From Bugula neritina (taxonomy: Eukaryota; Animalia; Bryozoa): a stretch of DNA of 64,000 bases. This document shows, piece after piece, positions 1 to 13,790 of the stretch. Both the position numbers and the translations under genes were made by a program. Below the pieces are notes generated by a model, which was not told where the DNA came from, searched no databases, and saw only the letters and a list, made by a program, of their open reading frames with translations. The DNA lies in contig OZ037773.1 of the NCBI GenBank assembly GCA_964035545.1, positions 5,547,751-5,611,750 on the forward strand, in the 5' to 3' direction. How positions within the stretch are numbered: the first letter of the stretch is position 1; each line of letters opens with the position of its first letter.

Positions 1-529
1 AAACATACAATGTACTATACTATAATTTACACTGAAAATCATATGTATACAGCAAGACTGGCTTTTTTTCATAATATCGATAATAGAAATAAAATATAAA
101 TTAGTAAAACTGACAGAAAGTTTTAACCATTCCTTTTGATACTATTAAAACTATTTTATAACAACACTAATTTCATGAAGTAGTAGAAAGTCCCTGACAA
201 ATCCAGTAAAAAGCTTTGTATTGCTAGAGAGTATTGGAATCACAGTTATAAATGATTACTAAAATACTTTATACTATATAGGCTGTCATACCTATCTGCA
301 AGCTAATTATAGCTACAATGGTTCAGCTGTAATAGCTCCTGCAACTTTGTAGCATGAGAAATTGTCTGACTGAAATAAAGAAATCTCAATCCAAATTTGT
401 CAAACATGAAACCTTAAACTTTAAACCAAAACTAAGCAAAGTTCTACTTTTTTGAACAGCTGAGGCTGTTAATTACTTGAAGCCAACACGTGAAATATAT
501 TTTGAATTAAGATTTAGTAGCTGCAGCCT

Positions 530-2480
530 GTGTTAGTATAGCAGTAGTTTATTAGTATAGCTACAGTTCATAAGCTTTGTAACTATTATACCTGTAAATA
601 TCCCTGTGATTGCCTAAAGTGTTAGTTCGAAGGCTTTTCTTTACTATCACTGACTATAGTGTTTGCCTCATTTAAAGGTTGAACCCTGCACTTGCAGTAG
701 TAATCTAATATCTGAAACAGCACAGCTTGCAGTGTATAGACTATATCGAACCTTGGCCAAAGCTAGTGTGACATCGTGTCTAACACCCCTTTAGAATTAT
801 TGCTGCATTTTATAATATATTCGTATACTCAATGGACGCTGGTGGTAATAAGGAACCAAAGGCTATGATAAAACAGACTATGTTGACAACGTGACCTTTG
901 ACCTGATTGTGTCAACTGACCACTAACTAATTTACTTGTCATTATTGTGATGTCCCAAGCCAGTTGCTGACATCATCAACTACGACCTAAATTTGAGCAA
1001 AGACAGTTGCAAAAACCCAGACACTTGGAATATTATTACTCTTGCTGTCTGTGTAAGCGTCACGTGATATTATATATCTTAAAAAGTGATTAATAGAAAA
1101 CATACAAACAATGCGATATATCACACAAGCTATAGAATGTGAAATGTAAATTTATCATGGTCCTTATAACACGCAGAATACAATTAAAAGTTTTAACTCC
1201 TCCAACCAAATGGATGATATAGCAGATTTATGTACATGTGAAATTTATACAAACCTGTTTCAATAGTATGTTTTATGATACTATAATATTCCATTAAGTG
1301 TTTTTGTTAACTTACTTTGTCACCAACATAAAATGAAAATGTGAAATAATTTGTAGAAATTTCATTATCATGTATCTTATATTAGAATAATTATATAAAA
1401 TATAATCCAAATACTCTCTATAATCTAACTGATCAAGTTTGTAAAAATAGACTGTACGTTCTAATGCAAAAATACAATTGTAGAAATATATGCTATAAAA
1501 CTAAATCAAAAATAATCAGCTTTCCGCATAAAAGTATTAATTTTAAAAATATGGCTGATAACTAAATTCGGTGTTAAATAAGTTAGACATAAACTATTAT
1601 TTATTATAGTACATTATTTGGACAAAGTGATATTGGTCAGTCACAACTCTAACTAAATGCTGAAAAGAATTATTCATTATGTAAAATGCAGGCTTTATAG
1701 AACATGGTCAAGAGATATATGCCATAATATTGTAATATTGCATAGAAATTTTAAAAGATATAAAATATTCCAAATTATAGTTGCATTTTTATGTTTCCTA
1801 TTTTCATTTGATTGAAATATTCTTCTTAATATTTGAGAAATCTAAACTTTAAGTGGTAACAGTTTGGGATCTTTCAACTTATGACCCAAGCTAAGCCAGA
1901 ATCTACATCTTTTCACTCACAGAATAGGCTAAGACTGCTAAAACCAGCACATGAAGTATACTTGCATTAAGATCTAGTAGCAGTAGTCTATGTTAGTAGT
2001 TACGGTTTTTAAGCTTTGTATATATTAGACCTGTGAATATACCTGTGATATTTCAGAAGTGTTAGTTCTAAGGCTTTTCTCTGCTTTCAATGACTATAGT
2101 GTTTGCCTCACTTATAGAAGTTTAACCCTTCACTTGCAGTATTAGATTAAAACAACACAGTTTTTAGGGTTTCCGCAACTGCACACCTTTATCAAAGCTT
2201 GTGAGACATCAAGTCTAACTTTCTCTTTAGAATAACTGCTGCATCACCATTTGAAATTTTTTTTGATATCTGAAAATAAAAAGCTGTGATAAAATGAGAG
2301 CTTTGATGATTTGACCTTTGATCTATAATCACGTTTCCGTTTATGCTGCTGTCACTCAAATGTCAACTATAATAACCCTGAATAATTGAGCACAGTTGCA
2401 AACCTTCCAGGCACGCAGACACTTATACTAGTCACACTAGATCTGTGCAAATGTCACGTGGTATATTTTTTGGAAAGTGT
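530..2480 (+). repeat. Diverged ~500-bp direct repeat pair (~530-1090 and ~1975-2480)
   Basis: Shared blocks in the same order: aagctttgta..acctgt.aatat.cctgtgat, gtgttagttc.aaggcttttct, tgactatagtgtttgcctca, cacttgcagta, tgacctttga, cagttgcaaa, gtcacgtg. Confidence 0.8.
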
Positions 2481-4092
2481 TATTTGATGAATGCAGATTA
2501 GCTTAACAATTTACTTAGTAGTTAGTTTTGAGTTTTTTTATAATGAATCAAATATTATTCATGCATACAAACATTGAAAGATGGCTTATTTTTGGAAGTA
2601 CAAAAATTATTTTTTAGTATAGACCTTTTATAGTACAAATAAAGAGAGTAGCTGTTTATGTTTTTATGCACTGAATTTATAATGAAAATAATTAAAATCA
2701 CTTTGAAAAAGTATTATATACATGAAAATATGCATGATCTTAAGCATATACAACTATAGATATAGTAAGCTTTCTTAAAATTACTCTACATGCAACAAAC
2801 ATACAACATTTTTAAAACAGCAATTTATGTAAAATTAAAAATAAATTTCTTTAATTAGTGCAAAATAAATTTTTTAATCAAAAATAATTACTTCTCAAAG
2901 CTCAATATCATTTTCTGTAATCTCAAAAATAAATTCTCATTTTGCGAATTCAATGTATATTATTGTGCAATTCTAGAAAAATACAAATTCATTTTTTTAA
3001 ATTTCAAGTTTCTTCTGCAAGATCAATTTGAATCCTCGAGTTTTTAAATTTTCATACATCAATATACTTGTTTCATTAACACTAACTGCTACTCACTTAA
3101 CTGTCTGCATATGGGAATATCTTTTCTGTCAGTTATAAATATATGAATCAGACTAAATCAGACTTCAACTGCTTCTTTTCCATCTGCTTGTTCGCAAGAT
3201 CTTTTCCTTCTTCTGAAGAATCCTCTAATATAATTTCACAATTTTATTTTATATGTGGCTGTTTGGCAAATTTTCAGAGTCTTCAAGGATATAAAAGATA
3301 ATTGGTGAATTTGATTGGATAAGTAAACCGCCAATAATACCAAACTAATGATAACAAAATGTCTTTCATAATGCTAGCTCAATCTATTAATTATAGTTAG
3401 AATTAGAATTAGATTATGAGAAGCTAGTCCATGCAGTGAATATGAAGGATAAAACAGACAGGTGGTGCAAATAGTGACATTATGTCATCATGCTAACTCA
3501 TAATAATTATGTGAATGTCCGCGCCATTGTTTCTCCGATAAATATTTGGAATACCCAGTTGAAGGAAATCAAAACAATCAATTAAATGTCAACCTGCATG
3601 ACTCATTTAGCCTATATTATTTTTATTCTCCTCACTGCATATATTGTAGCTAAAACAACCTAAAATGCTACACTATGCAAGCAATATGCCTGCAATACTG
3701 CATAAATGGTTGTTTTTCTATGTACTATTACAGCTTTATGAGTTAACTCCCAAAATAACTAAGCGTGATGGAAGTAGACTTTTTGAAACATTGGTCAATT
3801 AAGTAAAACTTGTAATGATGGTTGGAGGGGTTGGTGTTAAGAAGAGTATCCAGTAATAATTGCTCCTGAACTATCATAAAAGTTCTCAGTTGCTTTAAAA
3901 GCTCTCCATCACAAGAAAAACAATGTTTTTTTGTGAGAGAATTGTTGTTGGCACTCAAAATTTTAATTGTCTATTTTACAATATGCTTTATTGTAGTTTT
4001 TTATTCTTGTGCTGTATAAATAATAATATTGCAAAAGTTCTTGTATAGTGAAACGAAATTATGTTTTGTACGTCCTAGATAGCCAAATTCAC

Positions 4093-7000
4093 TCAAAGTG
4101 AAGCATTGCTGTGTATGAAGCTAACTTCTGGGTCGGGCTGCGGCTTGGTTTGGGTTGTACAAAGCTTTCGTATTACTATGAGAGAGGTTACAAAAATCAA
4201 AAGTAAGACAACTCCAAGGATAATTGAAAGGGTCCAAGAGGCGCTTTGCTTTTTACCTACAATTAGAAACAGCCTGCATGGTGTATGTTACTTAAGCATC
4301 AATGCTCTGTAATTAAAATGCTGTTTATAATTTTTATTATCAAAACTTGTTTGATTCTTAATTTTAAATACTTAAAAAAGAAACCTAGCAGTTTATTTTC
4401 CTATGCTAATCAATTTGCCTTTCACTACATCGTAAAAATGGTTAGGTGACCTAGCACATATCTAAAACTGTAACCCATAACTTATGCCTCTTTGGAGCTC
4501 ACCTAAAGTTCAACTAAAATTAGCTCTTTATATATATGAACAAATTAAAACATTGAAAGTTAAATTTAGAAAAACAAAGATTGTGCTTTATTTGTCTTTT
4601 AGAACACTTTTTTAAATCAAAAACTAATAATCAAAATAGGTCAACTGCTAAATTTATACTATTTATACTTATCTGTGATTTATTTGATTATTGACATTGA
4701 CAATAGCAATTTAAGTTATATTTAGGTGTCTCCTTATAATTAGAAACTTACTGATAAATTTTAAAGTTTAATTGAAAGCAATGAAAGGGGCTTAATTCTA
4801 GTATAAGGCTACCTGTGAGCCTTGCAGCTGGTGACCGGTCTACACCTGAGGTCTGAACTCTGGTAGTGATTGGAGCAGCAGTGGTAGTTGGAGTAGTAGT
4901 AGTAGTGGTAGTAGTAGTGATTGGAGTAGTACTGGTGGTAGTGGTTGGAGTAGTGGTAGTGGTTGGAGTAGTAGAGGTGGTAGTGGTTGGAGTAGTACTG
5001 GTGGTAGTGGTTGGAGTAGTAGTTGTGGTAGTGGTTGGAGTAGTAGTTGTGGTAGTGGTTGGAGTAGTAGTGGTGGTGGTGGTTGGCGTAGTAGTGGTGG
5101 TAGTGGTTGGTGTAGTAGAGGTGGAGGTGGTGGTTGGAGTAGTGGTAGTAGTAGTGGTTGGAGTAGTAGTGGTAGTAGTAGTGGTTGGAGTAGTGGTAGT
5201 AGTAGTGGTTGAAGTAGTAGAGGTGGTGGTGGTTGGAGTAGTAGTTGTGGTAGTGGTTGGAGTAGTAGTGGTGGTGGTGGTTGGCGTAGTAGTGGTGGTA
5301 GTGGTTGGTGTAGTAGAGGTGGAGGTGGTGGTTGGAGTAGTGGTAGTAGTAGTGGTTGGAGTAGTAGTGGTAGTAGTAGTGGTTGGAGTAGTGGTAGTAG
5401 TAGTGGTTGAAGTAGTAGAGGTGGTGGTGGTTGGAGTAGTAGTGGTGGTGGTGGTGGTTGGATTAGTAATAGTGCTAGTAGTGGTTAGAGTAGTAGTGGT
5501 GGTAGCAGTTGTAGTTGGAGTCACTGAAAATAGAAATAGTAGTTCGTTAGAGTTGCATATACATAATCATACCATGTCTCGTACCTGAATAATCTAATGT
5601 CATGTATACTCTTCATAGGCGTAGACTGAAATATAAAAAAGTTACAGCAGGTTATGGCATCAGAGCCTTTTCTATAGTTGCAAAAACTTTTGACAATATT
5701 TGTACTGTAATATAGGCACCATTTCTGTGAATCACACAACTTAACTAAAATTTTTAAAACTATTAGGAGTGCATAAGCCAAATGGTCTCATTACTAACAA
5801 TTAAACCAATATAGTTTAAAATAATATATTGTTATATTTCGTTGGTTACACTGGTACACACTAATAGTCAATATTAGTTATTTTTTCAAATCATACAATG
5901 ATTTGTTTTTCGACAGTTGGTAATGTGGTGATTCAAAATCTGGGCTCATATTCTCTCTATGACAATCTGCTGCCACAATAACTTGAAACTCTTACAGCTA
6001 TTGCTCACCCCACTCTACAACTCTCACACTTTGAGGAAATTGCATAACCAACAGCTTATTTTCATTAATCCAGAGAGCTCCTATAATGAATGAGAATTGA
6101 CACAGAGTTGCATCACCATCCACACTACTAGTACCAGAACCCGGACAAATAGGAGTCAAGTCTCCTGTAACATAACATTAGTTAGCTTAGACATTCACAG
6201 GAAATGAAGTTTTTCTAGTCTCAACTCACACTATATAGCGTCAAATTATATTATATTATATCATATTATATTTAATATATTATATTATATCATATTATAT
6301 TATATTACACTATATCATGTCACACTGTAACATTTACATTACTGCACTATATTATATTACATTAAATCATATTATATTACATTATATTATATTACTTTAC
6401 ATTATATTATAATTTATAGTGTATATAATGCTCTAAGCAATTTAAAATATTATTTTCATATAACAAAAGATGATTTTCAATAGATCCCAATTCTGCACTG
6501 TGACAATTTGACTTTTTGCCTAATTGAATGCAGCTATAATTTGAATCATGTTTTAGTATTTGATATAGCTAGCTAGTTGATCCAATTTATTATAAACTAA
6601 GTAAAGTTCAATTCTCATCTAATGACACCAGACCTGTTGAAGACCAATGGTATATCAGTAGTTTATTTCGATTATATATTGTCAATATGTTTGGATTATT
6701 AGCAGTCAATCGAATTCCATTGAATTCCAGATCTAATGCTGTTGAATCTTGATTGTACTTATCATAAGCTGTAGACGATGGGCTTTCGCTTGAAGGCCTG
6801 GAGCTACAATATGATTGACATATTTTTAATTTTTTTTTATCCCAAAATGTATATTGAAAATTAACATAAATTTAAAAACACCAACACTAAAGATAAATTA
6901 AAAACACAATCTAATTATAGAGTTATTTTTTAGAAATACAACGTGTAAACTTTTAAAAGGTTGATGACTCACTAACTCAAAAAATTAAAAAAAAATTGTA

Positions 7001-7896
7001 AGAAATTGTTGTTAAACTTGATGAAAATCACTTTAACACATTTATTCAAAGTTTGATAATGCTAGGTGGGCATATGAATTTAGGCTGTATAGTTGCCTGA
7101 GTTTATAATTCGTGAGTATGTTGTTGAATGGTTCTATGTTTTGTCATGATATTGCTAGTTGCATCTAATGTAATTGATATGCCCACTCCAGTATATAAAG
7201 CATTATAATATTCTTGCCATGTTATATTGTATAGTAATGCTCTGAATAAAAACAGGAAACATTTTCCAACCTTAAAAAGTGGCGGATTGAGCCATCGGCA
7301 TATGACAATGTTCCAGTACCTGAGCTGGTAAAACCACCAACGTTATATTGATAGATATCTACAAAATTTAGGATATCAATGCATGACATATATGAATATA
7401 ATGCACAAATCTGAACAAAACATGCTATAATAGAAATCCTATAAAACTTTTACAGATTTTAGCATTTAATTTCGGTTTGTCACCAGATGCCTCGAGTAAA
7501 AAGATATTTTTGCCATGTATTTTGAAGAATCAATGTAATAAGCATGAGCAAGAATTAATTTAACACGATGTAGCCTATTGGTTATATGTTTGCTCTTCGG
7601 CCAATGAAAACTGATGTCTAATATTAAAGTGTCATTTTAATTTAGTCAAAAGATATTGGCATCAGTATAAGGCAGGCACAGTAATTTCTTGAGCGTTATA
7701 ATACTGCATATACTATTACAGAAACTAATTAATCCTATTTAAGCAATTACATTTTAGTAGTAGAGGTTATCACAATACAATGGCAGCAATACAATGGCAG
7801 AAGTGCAATGACGGTGGTACTATAAAATCTATTCCAATGATTCTTTGTTGAGCTGTTATCTGTATAGCCACAGCATATAATAGGAACCACTAAACT

Positions 7897-7927
<31 letters not shown>

Positions 7928-8391
7928 TCAGTTGATTAATTATAATTTAATAATGAATTCAGCAAAGACAGTTGTTCAGAGTTGATCGCCTTAAACGTCA
8001 TTAAATATAAATAAAATTTCTCTCACCATAACCATAGCTGTGCCATATGTAGCTCCCAGTTACTAATAAAGAGCTGTGTACACTACTGACAAAGTTACTA
8101 GATATACTAAAGAGTTGTCTAGATGTGTACTGGAGAGAGTTTGGATCATAGTTGAAAGCAAACACACCCTTCAAACAAAATATTATAATTATATTGTGAG
8201 TATAGAACTGTATATTATGCTCTGTAACATAAAATCACAGCTGTACAAAACTAGTTTAGAACATTCAATAAATATTTGTTTCGTAAATTGAAAAATAGTG
8301 GAATTGTGTCAATACGTTGATTTGCAAATTTTTATTAATATATAGACATATTTTTGCAATTATCGATTTATATAGGTAGCACACACACACA

Positions 8392-8443
<52 letters not shown>

Positions 8444-8992
8444 CACACACAGGCATGTATATATGTACATTATAAAGGAAAATAAAAGCAAATTTTTGAT
8501 TTCCTATTGAAGAAAACATTTTCACTCTAATGTTGTTACGTCTAAAGCTATGAGTATATAATATTTCATGGCACAATCTTTCCCAAAAGGCTTACCACAT
8601 TTTGTAAGGATATGATTAAAGTGCTGGCTGGTTCATAGTATGTCATGCCATTAGCAATTTTAAGGTTCCATCTCTGGGTAACTGTTGAATTAAAATTCAA
8701 TAATTTTGTACCACAAGTTCCTTTACCTAAAATATGAAACATGCTGTTTTGCATATACACTGGCACCTTTAGAATTGTCTAGCAAATATTTCAACACTTA
8801 GGCCTATGTATAGTTTGTCCCCAGCTTCAATACTAAACCTATGATATTCATCTATATTAGTTAAAAGCTTGTGTCTATAACAATATAATAAAGAAAAATA
8901 AAATAAATATTTGTATGTAGTTAGCCATATATACAACTGTTTAGGAAAATAGAAATACATAATTTGTATCAGCAACAACTAGATTATAAAAC

Positions 8993-9051
<59 letters not shown>

Positions 9052-12000
9052 AATCAGATAATTTGTAAACCTAATTAATTGGAACTTTATTAATAACTGA
9101 ATGAAACCATGAAAACTCATTGGATTAAGTTTTATTTAATCATAAGCAATGCTTTTCAATGGCTTGTACTATAACCATATAACCATTTTTGCTTATTTCG
9201 ATTTTAGTCATAGAACAAAAGAGAAACAATTTTCGTTTCAAAATGTATTGGATAACTTTGTATTTGATACAAAAACATTCATAAATGCATGCCTTAGTAT
9301 ACTACTGTATATTTATACTGGCTTGGCCGATTTGATGCTTTTGATCCTAACCTTTGACCCTGACCATAATCCAAACTAACTGCATAGGAGAGGGACAAGA
9401 AATGCAACTAACTATAAATAAGTCCGTAACTGTGTAGCCTGGGTTCTAATAATGTATTTCACACTGCAACTATCTTATACCATATACTTGTATAAGAAGT
9501 ACTTAAAAGAGTTTTCACTGTTACATCTAAAACAGTAAAAAAACCTACGTAAGGTTCCCACCTATGATAGTTTCAACTTCTCCACTAGTTCTGTTCACTT
9601 TCCGTACACATGTCTCCTGGTCTAAGAAGTACAATGTTTTGCCATCCTTAGTCTGGTACATTGACTCAGGTTGAGCCAATCTGGCATTTGTTCCAAACCC
9701 ATCAGTAGAGATGCCTCTTTGTGTTTGTGTGGCATTTCCATACAGTTCTTGAAAAGTGACATGAGGCTTGTGAATTTAGACAAACCAAAGAGTTGAAAGT
9801 TCAAAAGAAACAAAGCAAAGCGAAATGAGAAAAGAAAGCATCAAGAAAATTATCTTTAGATTAATCTGAATGTACTTTTGCATAGAATCAGAATGACTAA
9901 ATAATTTATAAATCATCAAATTTAAATATTAAAGCAAAAGTCAACATGTTGAAAATAATAATTGTTATAAGTTAAGTTGTGAGTTAAGTCTTAGACATAG
10001 CGCTGAAGTTTTTTTACCTTTTCTCAGTTATGCTACCTTTGAATGTTTGTGTAAATAGATCACTTACTTTCAAATAGTTGTGCCAGTGTTTACTTACCTT
10101 TGTATGGCTGTGTAAGTTGATCTATTGGAAGCGTTGCTATGGAAGCAACCTGTATTTTACAAATAGCTAATAGCAGCTCTGAGTCATTAGCCACATTAAT
10201 CTGCAAGTTTACGATCAATTTTGTGAACAGCAGATATAATGATCTAGAATAACGTTCTATGCATATTTAAACCTAAAATAAAAATGTTCAAATTTACAAA
10301 ATAAACGCTACACTACAAGAGCTAGTTTATAAATTAGCAGAGCTCTGCAATATATATGTATGTAGAATCCTATAGAGTGATAAATAGTAAAAATTCCAGT
10401 CATTCTTCTTTCTCATAATTATATGCTCACAAATAATAGGTGTATGAGAGTATATAATTATACAGTATAACTATATACAGTATTACTATACTGTATGACT
10501 ACACAGTTTGACTATACAGTATGACTACACAGTATAACTACACAGTATGACTATACTGTATGACTACACAGTATGACTACACAGTATGACTATACAGTAT
10601 AACTACACAGTATGACTACACAGTATAACTACACAGTATAACTACACAGTATGACTATACTGTATGACTATACAGTATGACTACACAGTATGACTATACT
10701 GTATGACTACACAGTATGACTACACAGTATGACTATACAGTATAACTACACAGTATGACTACACAGTATAACTACACAGTATAACTACACAGTATGACTA
10801 TACTGTATGACTATACAGTATGACTACACAGTATTACTATACAGTATGACTATACAGTATGACTATACAGTATGACTACACAGTATAACTACACAGTATG
10901 ACTATACTGTATGACTACACAGTATGACTACACAGTATGACTATACAGTATAACTACACAGTATGACTACACAGTATAACTACACAGTATAACTACACAG
11001 TATGACTATACTGTATGACTATACAGTATGACTACACAGTATGATTATACAGTATGACTATACAGTATTACTATACAGTATAACTACACAGTATAACTAC
11101 ACAGTATGACTATACAGTATGACTATACAGTATGACTATACAGTATGACTATACAGTATGACTATACAGTATTACTATACAGTATGACTACGCAGTATTA
11201 CTACGCAGTATTACTACACAGTATGACTATACAGTATGACTATACAGTATTACATACACAGTATGACTACACAGTATGACTACACAGTATGACTATACAG
11301 TATTACTTATACACAGTATGACACCTTCATGTTGCTGTATATGATTTTAAAAAACTTTATTGAATGTTTTAGTTTGTGAAGAAAGTTTTGCTCACCTGTA
11401 CACCTTCAAAACAAAAGAAGACTTGGCTAATAGAAAGAGTCTCTGTTCTAACAGTTAATAGATTCAGAGGTTGTAAAGTAAAAACACCATCTGCAAAACA
11501 CTTATAGAGCTGCACCTTTTCGCAGGTAATACAAACATATTATAGGGCTACAGAACTTAGCAAAGAGTATTTTATTTATTATAAATAATTTTTGAAAATA
11601 TTATACATTGATCAAATATGGAGAATAAATTGCAGGTAATTAATTATACAGCATATACTATACAGGCACCTAAAGAAAAAAATACAGGCCGACACAGAAA
11701 CATTCACCTAGTAAAAAATGGCTAGAGTTACCTGATGAGTATATTATAGTTAAGGGTACCAAGGTATTTTTAATAAGCTGCAAGTTTCAAGATTAGAGCA
11801 ATTGGTGAAATTTCAAAGATTAGCTGTGACTATCTTTATTCCATACTAACTAGCAATATTATAATGTTACAGTTTCACTCACACTCGGAATATATTAGCA
11901 CTATTGAGAGGTCTAAAAATTACTAACCATTCTATCAATATAATATTTTGATCACCAGATAAATTTATTCTACAAAACAGTAAATAAACTTATAGCAAAT

Positions 12001-12075
12001 ATTTAAACTGTATATTATACATTACTTACTTAAATTACATGCCAACAATAATAGAAATGGGTAAATTAGCTCCAT
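4093..12075 (-). CDS. Type-I membrane protein, copy L: signal peptide, NHL-repeat-like beta-propeller, long Thr/Pro mucin stalk (~236 aa), TM helix, short cytoplasmic tail; 11 coding exons, ~663 aa
   Basis: Exons (minus): 12075-12030, 11490-11396, 10200-10098, 9747-9562, 8726-8596, 8168-8027, 7358-7271, 6803-6634, 6164-6009, 5523-4813, 4256-4093. All have GT-AG boundaries, compatible phases and no internal stop. N-terminus MELIYPFLLLLACNLNGVFT; NHL-like motif DGFGTNARLAQPESMYQTKDGKTLYFLD..CVRKVNRTSGEVETIIG; TM WTLSIILGVVLLLIFVTSLIVI followed by RK; ends HSNASL*. Exon structure mirrors the plus-strand paralog. Confidence 0.85.
8379..8451. repeat. (CA)n/(GCAC)n microsatellite
   Basis: Direct reading; the counterpart is 17312-17340. 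Confidence 0.95.
8996..9048. repeat. (TA)n microsatellite
   Basis: Direct reading. Confidence 0.95.
10455..11322. repeat. 13-bp minisatellite (ACTAYACAGTATR) in intron 2 of copy L
   Basis: Roughly 65 tandem units; the mirrored locus in copy R (15225-15355) has only about 10 units. Confidence 0.95.
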
Positions 12076-12346
12076 ATTTCAGTCCAATATTCTGTAAATA
12101 ACAAAACAATAGAAATATTGTATATAATTGTTCAAACCAATTGTATCAAAGTAAAATATTTAGGAGGAGAGCAAATTTATAACTGACGAGCTTTTAAATA
12201 ACAAACAAAATTATAATGGCCCGATACAACAGTAACATTAGCATAAATTATGTTCATAGGTTCCGAAAGGACTACCGAGAGGATCAGCTAATCATAGTTA
12301 TTTATGTGCTACGAGCAGAACGATTTTTGAAGAGAGATTTTCTCAC

Positions 12347-12862
12347 CTGCACACCACCAAAGCAGAAGAGTGAGCTAGCAAACAGTGTTTCTGTGCTAAC
12401 AGTTAAAAGATCCAGAGGCTTTAATGTACAAACGCCATCTGCAAATAAAACACACGTATACATCTACACCCTTGTGGTAGTACAAGTATAAGAGGGCCAA
12501 AAAGTTTACTTCATTCATTTGCAAATAAATTTGAAATGTTTTAACATATTGACAAAGGCATTATACATTGTGGGTAATTATGTGGTATAAATTATACTGT
12601 CACGAAAAAAAAACATAGGTACAGCTATACCGAATGAAGATATTATAGGTGATTCGTATAAAAAATATATTATGAGCAGAATTCTGGTAAGATTGATGAT
12701 TGATAATTATTGATATTTTTAATGCCGGTAAAATTCATGTTGTAGTTGGATTTGAAACAATATTATAGTCGGGAAGTAAAGGAATATGATAAATAATTTA
12801 AAATGTAGTTACTTACTTAAGCTACATGTCAACATTAATAGAAATGGATAAATTAGCCGCAT
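12347..12862 (-). CDS. Third, diverged copy of the first two coding exons (signal peptide + exon 2) of the NHL/mucin gene family; alternative N-terminal cassette or partial duplicate
   Basis: Exon 12862-12817 (MRLIYPFLLMLTCSL, donor gtaag) and exon 12438-12347 (NGVCTLKPLDLLTVSTETLFASSLFCFGGVQ, ttgcag/gtgag). Frame is open and ends in phase 0, which is compatible with exon 3 (10200) of copy L. Confidence 0.7.
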
Positions 12863-13007
12863 ATTTCAGTCTAATATTCTGTAAAAAACAAAACAATAGA
12901 AATATTGAATATAATTGTGCAAACCAATTGTTGTACCAAAGTTAATTATTTGGATGGTATTTAGAATATGTAAGATATAAGTTTAAATAATAGTTACTAC
13001 ACCCAAA

Positions 13008-13277
13008 TACACACACACACACACACACTCACACCCACTCACATGAACTCACACACTCACACACTCACACACACTCACACACTCACACCCACTCACACAA
13101 ACTCACACACTCACACCCACTCACACGAACTCACACACTCACACACACTCACACGCACTCACACACACACACACACGCACACACGCACTCACGCACTCAC
13201 GCACTCACGCACTCACACACTCACACACACTCACACACTCACACCCACTCACACGAACTCACACACTCACACACACT

Positions 13278-13370
<93 letters not shown>

Positions 13371-13478
13371 ACACACACATTCACACACACACACTCACAC
13401 ACTCACACGCACTCACACGCACTCACACGCACTCACACGCACTCACACACTCTCACACACACTCACACACACACACTC
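13008..13478. repeat. Compound CA / CACACT microsatellite in the spacer
   Basis: Direct reading. Confidence 0.95.
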
Positions 13479-13734
13479 GAACTGCCTCGTCAGCTAGAAT
13501 GATTAAATTCTTCCAAATTTACTCAACTTCTATTATCAAAAACTTTTTATTTTTTGACAAAATAACAAGAAAAAAAATTGGATATTGTGAAGCTCAAAAA
13601 TTCAATAGGTTTTTCGATGAAAATTAATTTCTGTTACACCTCATGTCATAATAAATGTGTAGCTTTGCCATACAATCTTATTGATTGTAGATTAATTCAA
13701 ATACAATATGATCATCATGCATGCAGTTGCAGGC

Positions 13735-13790
13735 TATATAACATAAGGGTGAGTTTATCATTCAGTAAAGACTATCACTGGCTAGGTAAT
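13735..13790 (+). promoter_or_regulatory. Candidate core promoter and short non-coding first exon for copy R
   Basis: TATATAA at 13735-13741, TCAGT initiator at 13762-13766 (A at 13764, 29 nt after the TATA start), donor ctag|gtaatg at 13785/13786; matching acceptor ttatttacag ends at 14253 just before the ATG exon. Confidence 0.5.

Noticed and set aside
4866-5588. 240-aa poly-Val ORF on the plus strand
   Set aside because: Antisense shadow of the Thr-rich mucin exon; the same applies to 20785-20997.
13043-13279. His/Thr-rich ORF
   Set aside because: Translation of the CA microsatellite.
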